Source: Octopus vulgaris (Eukaryota). From it: DNA of 64,000 nucleotides. Location: the NCBI GenBank assembly GCA_951406725.2, contig OX597834.1, forward strand, positions 23,498,001-23,562,000, given 5' to 3'. The notes below the pieces were generated by a model. The model saw nothing but the letters and a program-made list of their open reading frames with translations, searched no databases and was not told the origin of the DNA. Both the position numbers and the translations under genes were made by a program. Each line of letters starts with the position of its first letter. The first letter of the stretch is position 1. Shown piece after piece: positions 52,590 to 64,000 of the stretch.

Positions 52590-52950
52590 ATTACAACTGC
52601 ACTAATGGGACCAGAACTGTTAACAGTGAAAGTGTTGCATGCAGCAGGCAAAGCAGTGTCTGAGCAAGCTCTGGTAGGTTGTCATCAAGCCACTGATCAT
52701 GACCAGAATTGAAGTCAAAAGTACAAAAGGCAAAAAATGAAATGGGAAAAAGAGATGAACAAGATTGTAATTGAATGCTGGCTGAGAAGTGAGCCAAATA
52801 AAAGAGGTTTCATGAAATGAAGGAAAAGAATGTGGAATGGGAAAGGAGTCTTTGAAGAATCCACCCAAAAATTGACCAGGCAAAGGCAATTCATATGAAT
52901 GACTGGATTAGGAGATTAGAGATTGGAGAGATTTAGAGAAGAACTAACTT
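52590..52950 (+). mobile_element. Degenerate N-terminal fragment of an R4/Dong-like retrotransposon ORF
   Basis: KWEKEMNKIVIECWLRSEP..RG..W motif. Confidence 0.5.
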
Positions 52951-53523
52951 AAGGTGACCTGCTCTACGTGCAGGTGAGGGTGTGGTTGTTACTTTCTCTT
53001 GCTTCCTTTGTTTCTTATTGCCACATTCTCCCTCTTTGTTTCTCTCTCACTTTCCCACTCTTTTACTCTTCCTTTCTCTCAGACTCTCCCTCGCTTTCTC
53101 TTACTCTCTATCGATCTCTCTCCCATTTATAAAAAACTAAAGATCTTGAATAAGTTAAGAAAGAAATTACAATGTGCTTAAATTACAAATCTGCTTCCAC
53201 TTTACCACGTTGAAAATTTGATTGAAATCGGGCAAAAGGTGTCCAATCTAGGCCTCCAAGTGTCCCCAAAAATCAATAAAATCCCCGTTTTCACAGCAAA
53301 GCATCCACTGTAGCGCCCCAAATGTCTCCCAATCGATTTCTCACCTCAAGTTACCCACTCCTGTAAATTTTAATCCCCTTCCAACCCCATTTAGACCCCT
53401 TTTTACATAAAAATCCAATTTGTATCAACGTTCACCTTCTTCATTTTATAGATTAGATTAGATGCCAATTGCACCAATCTGGAGGGGCTTAGAGCTCCCT
53501 TGAATCCATAAAAAATCACTCTT

Positions 53524-53537
53524 GTCACCATAGCAAC
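53524..53537. promoter_or_regulatory. Consensus RFX X-box (intronic)
   Basis: GTCACCATAGCAAC fits GTHNYY-AT-RRNAAC. Confidence 0.5.
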
Positions 53538-54242
53538 CGCATCTTTCCAGATGGCGAGTTTTAACCTACTCAACTCTCTGCCTCATCACGCGTTTTATGC
53601 CTGTGTCAATTTTCAGCTTGATCCAACTACTGCTCTTGCCGCCAACCTCTGTTGTAGCAAAATGTGCACACAATTTTGACCCAAAGCCTCTTTTCGGGCA
53701 TGGCTGTGTGGTTCGGGACCTTGCTTTATAGCTACATGGTTTCGGGTTCAGTCCCACTGCGTGGCACTTTGGGTAGGTGTCTTCCACTATAACCTTGAGC
53801 CGACCGGAGCTTTGTGATTGAATTCGGTAGGTGGAAGTTACTGCCGTGTGTGTATATGTGCGTGTAGGTGCTTGTGCCTCTCCGAAAGAGAGAGAGAGGG
53901 ATATATATATATATAGATAAAAAATGAAATGAGAGAGAGAGAAGCAACAGTAGCAGAAAGTAGTAATGAAAGGGTAAGACACAAAGAATATGAGAAAGAA
54001 GGAAATTACTGTGTAGTAATAGTATTTTATAAGCTTAAAGCATATAAGCGATCACTGCACAACGACTAAAGAAAATAGTCTAATAATGGGACATATAAGC
54101 CCTTGACAGAAAATGTAGGTTACTATGTGTCGTCGTCCTGTTCTGTCTTTCTTTTTCTTCTTTGTCTGTTTTTCTGTTTGTCAACCAAATGTTATGGGTT
54201 TGTTTTGTTTTTTTTATTTGGTTTTGGGACAACTATTTTCAG

Positions 54243-54458
54243 GAAATCAAGCCGACACCAACCCAGTCCGACACAGCCTACAAGTTCTCTCGTCAGAAAG
54301 ATGCTCTGCTCAACAAACTTTCGACTTTTGAATCTACTAACCAGACCCTTCAGAAGATGCTTCAGGATCGACATTCTGAAGAAATCGGGTTACAACGTGT
54401 TGCTGAACAGAACAGGTTGCTGTTCCAGAAACTACAGGGTGTTGAAAAGGAAAAAGAG
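54243..54458 (+). CDS. ODF2: ODF2-like coding exon (EIKP...RQKDALLNKLSTFESTNQTLQKMLQDRH...EKE)
   Basis: tttcag| and GAG|gtcaat; 216 nt; matches ODF2 RQKELLLQKLSTFEETNRTLRDLLREQH. Confidence 0.95.
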
Positions 54459-54717
54459 GTCAATGCAGTCCTTTTTTTTTTATATTTTGTAATCCTGTTT
54501 TACTTTTATATTTATATGACTTTCTATGTGACATAATTAATGAATATATACACAATCGATAGGCCATTTACTGCAGTAGTTGTCCTGAGATAACTACTTA
54601 TGGAACGAAATTTTCTCTCTTTTCAAAATTTATTGAGATGTTATCTCAGGACAAATACTGCAATATCAACAGAGTACATACATGGCTAGTTTGATTTAAT
54701 TTTCCATTGCGTATCCT

Positions 54718-54761
<44 letters not shown>

Positions 54762-54914
54762 TTATAACAAAACGGAAGAGAAGATATTGAAAAGGTTGCA
54801 AATGGCAATAAAAGGTTATCTGAGGAGGGTAGATTTATGCTATGATATAATCTATGAAGACATCAATAAAATCCTACCAAAACAGCTGTAAGTTTAAACA
54901 TCACTTGTGTTGTT

Positions 54915-54969
<55 letters not shown>

Positions 54970-55748
54970 AGAATTCACAAAAAAACAAAAGATGAAGACA
55001 GGTGATGTAGGCAACAAACAGATGTATCAGTTAAACACTCAGGAAGTTAAAGTCTTTAACGTTTCGAGCTTACGATCTTCCACAGAAAGGAACACAGAAA
55101 GAAACAAGGAGAGAAAATATGTACGTACATACATACATACATACATACATGTAAATGGATGAATGAATTATCCTTTGTTTACCGTTAACATGGAAAATTC
55201 AATAAACAGTTACCAGGGTAGCAAAATTCACGCAAGTAACAAGGAATAAAACCAATGTTGTCTTCGAAACATATGTTGAAAGTAAAAGAATTTGAATAGC
55301 ATCTGCATTCAACTCCATTTATTTACTTATATATATATATATATACAAATTGAGATAGGGGTTGTAAATGCAACCCTCCATGGGATAACATATATCCAAT
55401 ATACTGCTAGTGAAGTACCCAACAAAGTTAATACATAAATGTTAATGATTGCGATGTAATCAATTCATTTACTGTATTATATGGGCAAAGGTAAAATGAT
55501 TTACCACAAATTACTAATACAAGATAAGAAAATGGAGAAATACATCTAAATCAAATATCAATTACCAGATAATACTCAATCACATACTTTATTAAACCAC
55601 CACATAAGAGACTGTAGGGTTAGATATAAAAAGCAGAACAAATCGGTGTACATAAAGAAATATACATAAAAAAGTGTACATAAAAAAGTAATGTTGTATA
55701 ATAAGTAGAATATATTTGATTTAGATGTATTTCTCCATTTTCTTATCT

Positions 55749-55840
<92 letters not shown>

Positions 55841-55871
55841 AAAATCTAATTCTCTCTGTTTTGTCTTACAG

Positions 55872-55943
55872 AAGATGATTCTTACCCAGTTCACTCAGGA
55901 CAGAACTATATCTGATTTAGAAACCACTGTGTCAGAACAAAAG
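55872..55943 (+). CDS. ODF2: ODF2-like coding exon (KMILTQFTQDRTISDLETTVSEQK), absent from the ORF track
   Basis: ttacag| and AAG|gttact; 72 nt, phase 0/0; fills the expected ~24-aa gap. Confidence 0.85.
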
Positions 55944-57303
55944 GTTACTATTTTATTCTTCTGTGTGTGTGTGTGTGTACAGGCATGGCTTTATGGTTAA
56001 CCCTTTTACTGCAGAAATCAGTATATTCACCCAAAATTCTATAGCCCTGAACTGCAAGAAAGCAACTTTAAACACCAACCTATATTTTGTTTATGAATGT
56101 CATGTTTGAGACTATTTTCCTGTTGATACAGGTCAAGTTTATTGAGGCAACATGACTTTCAGAAAACACCAATTGTGTATTTTGGCAGATATTTAACTTC
56201 ATTACTGTGATAACCATGAAGTTTTTGCATCTAAAGCGTTCAAGTGTTTGCCTCCCAGCCATCTAACTTCAGGTCCAGTCTCACAATGCAGCTCATTGGA
56301 AAAATGCTTTTCAGCTAAAACCTCAGGCTGACCAATGCTTTGTAAAGGAATGTGGTCAATGGAAACTGTAAGAATCCTTTACACACACACACACACTTAA
56401 ATACGATGGGCTTCTTACAGTTTCTATCTACAAAAATTCCTTCAAGGGAATTTGTCATCATTACAATAAATATTTTCCTTGATTGACTGTACAGTGTATC
56501 TGAGACCATTGTCAGACATCAGAACCAATTTGAGCCACAAATGGTCATCAGAACCAGACCAAGGCCATCATCTCTCAATAACCTTCAAACATTTCTTGGT
56601 TAATGGTGCCAGGATCTGAAGCTGATAAATCTCTGCCGACCATGCTGTTGCAACACTTCCATTCTTGATATTTCTAAAATGGCTGATATTCACTTTGTTA
56701 CCTGGATGATAGTCATACATACATCCTGCCATCAGATGCAAAATGGGTCTCAGTTCATTCATCCACTTCACTTGATTCCACTAGTTGAGGGTCCAGTCTG
56801 TGTGAGACCTGGTGAAGTTGACATGCAGATTTTGGTTCTTTATGGAAATGAATGACTTATTTGAGTTCCTTGAGAACCACTGCACACATGATCCAAAGAA
56901 TTGTCTTTGATAGTCTTGAAGTTGGATGTGGAGTCGGTTGTGTATGTCCTCACATCTGCTTCATGTTATGGTAGATGTCATTTACTGGTTGGTTTCTGAT
57001 AATCTGTCTTCTCTTGTGGGTATTTTCAAGACTCTCAGTGACTCTGTTTTTTCTTGGAGAGATTTTCATGAGCTTATCACTTCTAAAAGCACTCACTCAT
57101 GGCTACTGCCATTGTCTTCATAATGGTAACAGTGCTTACATAGGAACTATGGCTGTACTTCAAACACAAAACATTGCCTGCTGGTTGTGTAGAATTCTTG
57201 TGTATGAGTGTGTGTGTATGCATGCATGTGTTTAAGGTGTGTAGAATATATACCTACGAAGTCAATTTGGGTAATGTATGTATATGTTGCTGCTCTGTTC
57301 CAG

Positions 57304-57420
57304 GAAGAAGTAAATTCACTAAAACGTCTTCAGAAATCAGTAGAACAAACACGGGGCCATCTTCAAAGACAACTTCGAACTAAAGAAGCAGACTGCAACA
57401 GAATGTCTGTACAGATACAG
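57304..57420 (+). CDS. ODF2: ODF2-like coding exon (EEVN...KSVEQTRGHLQRQLRTKEADCNRMSVQIQ)
   Basis: ttccag| and CAG|gtaaac; matches ODF2 KSMESMRGHLQAQLRSKEAENSRL. Confidence 0.95.
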
Positions 57421-58039
57421 GTAAACCTATAACATATTGTATAACATCTACTTCTTTGTTGGTATCGAGACAGAAGTAAGTTGGTGCCATGTAGTGGGGT
57501 GGGTGGGGCTTTCTAATGGCAGTACAAGGGTTTGGCAGGAAAGTTCAGTAAGTTTATTTATCATGAGGAATATAGGATGTAATGTTTCTATAGCAATCTG
57601 CATATCATACTCAAAGCAGAATCATAATTGAAAGCCAAATGAAAGGTATTTGTCCTGAGATAGTTTCTCTTCTAGACATAGAGTATTAAAGAACACAGGA
57701 ATATATCAGCAGCAAATGAAAATTGTTCAGCACTTGCAGCAATGGTGGCATTGTTAAATCCTTTTTTCTGCCTCTTTACACTTCCACATTTAATTTCAAT
57801 GTTGTACATACTTTGAGTATGATACATAGGTTGCTATTTCAAACTTAATTCTACTTCAGTCACATACAATAAATGTTTCTAGTATTCTCCTTCTTCAAGA
57901 AACTTAGCGTGGTGTTGGTTTTAAGGTTGTCAGTGTAAGGTTTGCAGACTCATTTGAGCATCAAACAAAATACTTTGTGATATATTTGTTGTGGCTCTCT
58001 GCATGATGAGTTCAAGTCCAACTGAGATCAACAAGTCCA

Positions 58040-58845
58040 TCATCATCATCATTTAATGTCTGCTTTCCATGCTGGCATGAGTTGAACAGTTTGACTGTAA
58101 AGTGGTAAGCCAGTGAGATACACCAGGTTCCATTCTGATTTGGCATACTTTCTACAGTTGGATGCCCTTCCTAATGCCAACCACTCCGAGGGTGTAGTGG
58201 GTGTTTTTACATGCCTCTGACCTGACACCAGCATCAGTCATAACTATGGTCTCACTTGGCTGGACCAGTCTACACAAGCAGCATGGTATATCTCCAAAGG
58301 TCTTGGTCACTTGTCATTGCCTCTGTGAGGCCCAATTTTTGAAGATTGTGCTTCACCACCTCCTATGTCTTCTTATGGGTCTACCTCTGTCACAGGTTCC
58401 CTCCACTGTTGGAGCATGACACTTCTTCACACCGCTGTACTTGTCCATATGCATCACATGACCATACCAGCACAGTCGTCTCTCTTGCATACCACATCTA
58501 ATGTCTCTTGTGCCCAACGTTTCTCTCAGGATGCTTACACTCTGTCGTGCGTGTACACGGACATTACACATCCAGCAAAGCATACCAGCTTCATTTCTTT
58601 CAAGTCTACGCATGCCTCCAGCAGTCACAGCTCATGTTTCACTGCCGTATAGCATGGCTGTTTGCACACGGGCTTTGTACAATCAGATTTTCACTCTGAG
58701 TGAGAGATCCTTTGTTACCAGCAGAGGTAGGAACTCTCTGAACTTTGCCCATCCTATTCTTATTCTAGCAGCTACACTCTCGGAGCATCCACCACCGCTA
58801 CTGAGTTGGTCGTCTAGGTAATGGAAGCTATTGACTACTTCTAGT
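58040..58845 (-). mobile_element. 5'-truncated RTE LINE
   Basis: LERNEAGMLCWMC...RRLCWYGHV; (CAT)n tail. Confidence 0.9.
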
Positions 58846-59279
58846 AATCGATAGCTTCCATTACCTAGGTGACTAAGTCCTTCTTTTTCTCTTTCATTCC
58901 TACCTTCTGTTTCTCTCTGTCTTTTCTACCCTCTTGCATCCTCCCTCTTTCTTCCCATATCTCACCCTCCTTCCCCCCTCTCTCTCCCTCGTTCCTATCT
59001 TCTGTCCCTCTCTGTTTCTCTATCCTGCCTACTTACCCCCTTTCTTTCTCTCCATATCTCTCCCTTCCCCTCTCATATTTGTTCATTCTGTTTATCTCTA
59101 GAGTTGTTTTAGTTTCTTCACGAGTTCCTAACTTAGACTTTTCATTCTGAAATTGTTAGGGTGCTCATTTAATTTTATTTCATACCTTTTTTGTATTGAC
59201 TGGTTTAGGGTTAATTTGATGAAGATTAATGAGAGCTATAAGCTTCAACTCATTAATTTGATGATATAGTGTAAGTTAA

Positions 59280-59570
59280 ATATATATATATATATATATA
59301 CGTATGTATGTATATACATATATTTATGTATATGTACATATACATTCATATATATATATATATATATACGTACATATGTATGTATATACATATACATACA
59401 TTCACATATATATATATTATACATACGTATGTATGCATATATATGTATATGTATATATACATGCATTCATGTATATATATATATATATTCATTATATATA
59501 TATATATTATATATATATATATATATTCATTTATATATATATATATATTCATTATATATATATATATATA

Positions 59571-59631
<61 letters not shown>

Positions 59632-59650
59632 ATATATATATATATATATC

Positions 59651-59732
<82 letters not shown>

Positions 59733-59928
59733 ATATATCATATATATATCATATATATATATATATCCGCATATATATATATATATTTCATTTATATATA
59801 TATATATATTCATTTATATATATATATATATTCATTTATATATATATATATATTCATTTATATATATATATATATATATATTCATATATATATATATATA
59901 TTCATATTATATATATATATATATATTC

Positions 59929-59975
<47 letters not shown>

Positions 59976-60035
59976 TTTATATATATATATATATATTCAT
60001 TTATATATGTATGTATACACACACACACACACACA
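59280..60035. repeat. ~750-bp interrupted (TA)n microsatellite
   Basis: Direct inspection. Confidence 0.98.
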
Positions 60036-61154
60036 ATTAAAGATGGGCATAGTATTGAAGGAGGTGGGTTTATGCCAGTTAATGAGAGATTAAAGTATTA
60101 ATAGAAAATCAAGAACGACTATTTTGCTGTAAAGGAGACCAGGGCTGGATTAAGACCCTTAAAGGCCCTAAGCATTTAAAAAAATTTTGGTACCCTCTCC
60201 TTATATATGTAATTCAAAATATAAACAATTATAAACCTTAAAATAAATTTTTATTTTCCAAAATATAAACAACACCAACAATAAGATGGAAAATAATGCT
60301 TTTTTTCGTATACTTCCACTTTATTTCTAATTAAAAAGTTTTCTCCTACTTTTGTTTTAATTGCAAAGTCTTTGACCAAATCCTTAGAATTAATCTTACG
60401 TAACCCATCTACTATACTTAGTAAAGATAAACAATCCTGAATATTATTTTAACAAGTTTAAAGTGATTTCTTTTGTGCCTTAAACGGTTTACCATTTTGG
60501 TGCTGCTCTCTGCCTTCTTCCCTTGATGCCATAAACATGTGCTTTCTTAGCTTATTGGTTAATCCTGTGCTGGGGGAGATACATGGCTGACCCAGGGGGA
60601 AAAGAGAGAGGCTGGTGCAAAGATGTGTCAGGGCATTCACTCAAGTTAATAAAAAAGTGTTTACAGATTTCTTAATGCTTCTCCATTTCAGTTGTAAGTG
60701 TAAATACGTAGCACTCTGTTGGGTATGATGACGAGGGTTCTAAGTGATCCGATCAACGGAACAGCCTGCTCATGAAATTAGCGTGCAAGTGGCTGAGCAC
60801 TCCACAGACACGTATACCCTTAACGCAGTTCTGAGGGTGATTCAGTGTGACAAAGCTGGCCCTTTGAAATACAAGTACAAAAGAAACGGGAAGAAAGAGT
60901 GAGAGAAAGTTGTGGTGAAAGAGTACAACAAGCTCCCCCCCCCCCGCCCCCTGCTGGAGCCTCGTGGAGCTTTAGGTGTTTTCGCTCAATAAACACTCAC
61001 AATGTCCGGTCTGGGAATCGAAACCTCGATCCTGTGACCATGAGTCCGCTGCGCTAACCACTGGGCCAGTGCATCTCCACAGTAAGTGTAAATAAACGAC
61101 AATGATTGTCAGTATCGTTAACATTTTCTGTTTTTGTTTTTTTTAATTTGTCAG

Positions 61155-61270
61155 ACCCTGGAGAAGCAATTGGCCGAGGCTGTGATGGACAACAAACGGC
61201 TGCAACGTCAAATGTCCACAGTTAGAGACCAGTCAGACAAGGACAAAGGTTACTTGAAGAAAGCAACACG
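61155..61270 (+). CDS. ODF2: ODF2-like coding exon (TLEKQ...DKDKGYLKKATR), ends phase 2; gene continues beyond the window
   Basis: tgtcag| and CG|gtcagt; matches ODF2 DRDKESLKKAIR. Confidence 0.92.
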
Positions 61271-63447
61271 GTCAGTGATGTGTTTGTTAGTTTTATTGTT
61301 GCTGGAAATAGAGAGTCCTGGATGTGGAGGAGATTCTGAGGTCCTCATTCTTGGTCCACTGTATTGTAGTGTTATGTGATGTTTTATTGTCGAAATAGAG
61401 TTCAATGTAAAAATACATGACTGGATGTGATGGGGATGCTGTGGCTTTCATTCTTTACTTGATGTTTTGCATAGGTGAGTGGGTATTGTTGGTTAATCTG
61501 ATTTTAGTCCTGATTAAGCAGGCATAAGATCAAAGACATTCCATGCAGGACCATCCTGTGTTTATTCTATGTCCAGGGAACTCAGGAGCCAAGACAATCT
61601 GTGTTTGTGGAAGGGGAGGGGGTTGAAGGAAGTTTAGCTACTATTTCTAGCATATGAAGCACCACCTTCTACACAGTCTCCCTTGTTGGTTCGTAGTGTC
61701 CTGCTGTGGTGCTGTAAATTCTTTTCTACTCTAGGCACAAGGCCTGAAATTTAGTGGTGGGGGGGGCAGTTAATTACATGGACCCCAGTATGCAACTGGT
61801 ACTTAATTTACCAACCCTGAAGGGATGAAAGGCAAAGACAACCTCGGCAGAATTTGAAATCACAACGTAAAGACAGATTTGATAACAGGAAAGGTGTCCA
61901 TTTCAATAAAACCTGCCTCACAAAATTCTGTCTGAACCATGCAAGCATAGGAAATTGGACATGAAAACGATTATTAGATAATTTTGTGGACAGGACTTGA
62001 GTATTCTAGGTCTGCCACATTTTATAAAGTTTTTTTTTTTCACTCCTAAATAAAAACTTACCTCCATAAAACTGTTTTTCTTTACTCTGGCAACACAGTT
62101 TCTAATAATCCTTTCTACTGTTGTCACAAGTTCTTGATTTTGGTGGAGGTGCTAGTCAACTGCACCAAGCCAAGTCCACCACAGTGTAATTTGAACTCAG
62201 AACGTAAAGACAGGGAAAAGGCTTCCTTCCATGCTAAAGACTGCACCAGCTTGATGCCTTAACGAAGCTTCTAATAATCCTTTCTACTGTAGGCACAAGG
62301 CCTGAAAGTTTGGTGCAGGAGGTAAGTCGATCGCACCGACCCCAGTTCTTGACCCCTAAAGGATGAAAGGCAAAGTCGGCCTTGGCGAAATTCGAACTCA
62401 GAACATGATGACAGACGAAATACTGCTAAGCATTTCGCCCGGCGTGCTAATGATTCCGCCAGCTTGCCACCTTAACGAAGTTTCTAATAATGAAATTAGG
62501 GAAAATGAAACACGATTTCATTAATCGAGGTATTTATTAATTAAAAACTGAAGCAACTCTCTATCACCGCTCAGTGTATCAAGATTTCAATGGAATCGGT
62601 AGTATTCAAAGTGATAAACAGTCCGGCCACTTTCAAGATATTTCAAAATATTAATAAGCTGTTAACATCTATAGTAATTAACAAACGAAATGATGTGTAA
62701 CTTTTTTCTCACAGCGATGTCGCTGACCGAACTGAAACCGATGGTTATATCTGGTAGAGTTTACCACTGGTTTGGCCAAAATAATGTTAGTGATGCAGGG
62801 GAGATAAATCAGTAGATTTAATATTTTCCCTATTTGAAAGCAGCGAACTGACAGAAGGGTTACCGCGCCGGAAAAAGTGCATTTCGTCCGACTTTACGCT
62901 CCGAGTTCAAATGAGGCCGTGATCATCTTTGCTTTTCATCCTTTTGGGATCGATAAAATAAGTACCAGTTGAGCACTGGGGTCGATATAATCGACTTGCA
63001 AACCTTCCCCACCATTGCTGCCCTTGTGGCAAAATTTGAAACCAATATTCTGTCTGTTTGTGGGAATATCAATAGATTCCTGTCTTGTTTCTGTGGGAGG
63101 TGTGTGTGTATATATATGTATAGAGCTGTTTTATTATTGGTAGGATTAGCAAAAAAATATTCCATTCAATGAGAGATAAATATCACTTAGTAAAATCAAG
63201 ATTTAAATGTGAGCTACTATAAGCACCATTGTTGGATGTACTTGTGTGGCAGGAATGATTGCAAGGTGGTTCATGGCATCTTATACAAGTCTGTCCAATT
63301 GCTGTAATATCAATGTATATATATATGTAAATGTGTGTGTGTGTGAAATTGATTGTGCATATGAGTGTGTGTGTGTATATGTGTATGAATTTCTCTGTGT
63401 ATATATGTAGTTATGTGTATGAATGTGTGTATTTATATATGCATATA

Positions 63448-63475
63448 CTAGCTGGTGTACCCGGTAATTCCTGGG
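63448..63475 (-). mobile_element. Probable Helitron 3' terminus
   Basis: A-CTAG followed by CCCGG...CTGGG hairpin, i.e. hairpin plus CTAG|T on the - strand. Confidence 0.5.
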
Positions 63476-64000
63476 GGGGTAAAGATGTTCTATTGAAACG
63501 CCTTATTACTTTGATATAAGAAAGCAATTTCGTTATAACTGCCACAAAAGGTGTATTTTCCGTCACGAAAAAGTACAAAAACTGTCAGCTGGAGGAGGGA
63601 GAGATTGTTAGAGGTTGGTGAGAGAGGTTTTCAAAGGTTGGCAGCGAGAGGCAAAGACATTATTCTGCTTAGCGAAGGCATCTGGGAAATGTATAATTGC
63701 TGTCGTTCACAGAAAAACTATTGTTTTACCGTGAGAAAAGCACTGTTGAAATATTAAGTGAAATTTGGCAATCGAGGATCAAATCCACACTATGCCTGCA
63801 TGAATCTACTCCAAATATGTTGTGGAATAAAAACTTTATCTACTGTCATGGAAAAAGTGTAAGTGTAAAGATGCAGAATTATTGATGTAATGAGTATTCA
63901 AAAAAGTATGTATAGAAATGTATGAATGAAGTATGTATAGAAATGTATGAATGAAGATTCAAATTAAGGAAATGCAATAATAATGTTTAGCAGTTCAAAA

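Noticed and set aside
59304-60101. Long 'ORFs' of 200-265 aa (YIYI...) and similar HTHT/CVCV ORFs throughout
   Set aside because: Translations of (TA)n, (CA)n, (CATA)n and (TATC)n microsatellites

Overview
AT-rich, microsatellite- and SINE-dense eukaryotic genomic DNA; the SINE/RTE families look like those of an octopus (cephalopod), which is an inference. The right two-thirds holds the 5' part of a + strand outer dense fiber protein 2 (ODF2/cenexin)-like gene. It has 9 in-phase coding exons from 36266 to 61270 and continues past the window end. A probable non-coding first exon at ~19320-19365 sits directly behind adjacent RFX X-box-like and forkhead (FOXJ1-type) motifs. At the far left are probable 5' exons of an unidentified divergent (- strand) gene. 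Between the two genes (~3-18 kb) is a nest of RTE, Penelope-like and R4/Dong-like retroelements, SINEs and MITEs. The nest also contains several kb of non-repetitive, decayed coding-like DNA on the - strand. Hand translation of that DNA gives motifs whose order and spacing resemble a bunyavirus-type L polymerase, so it is a candidate fragmented endogenous viral element; this rests on recalled motifs and needs a homology search. Other notable items are Penelope-type hammerhead ribozyme motifs, a Penelope GIY-YIG relic with TGA at a conserved Cys position, several fold-back repeats, and a small TIR element carrying TTAGGG repeats. Nearly all listed ORFs are microsatellite or repeat artefacts.
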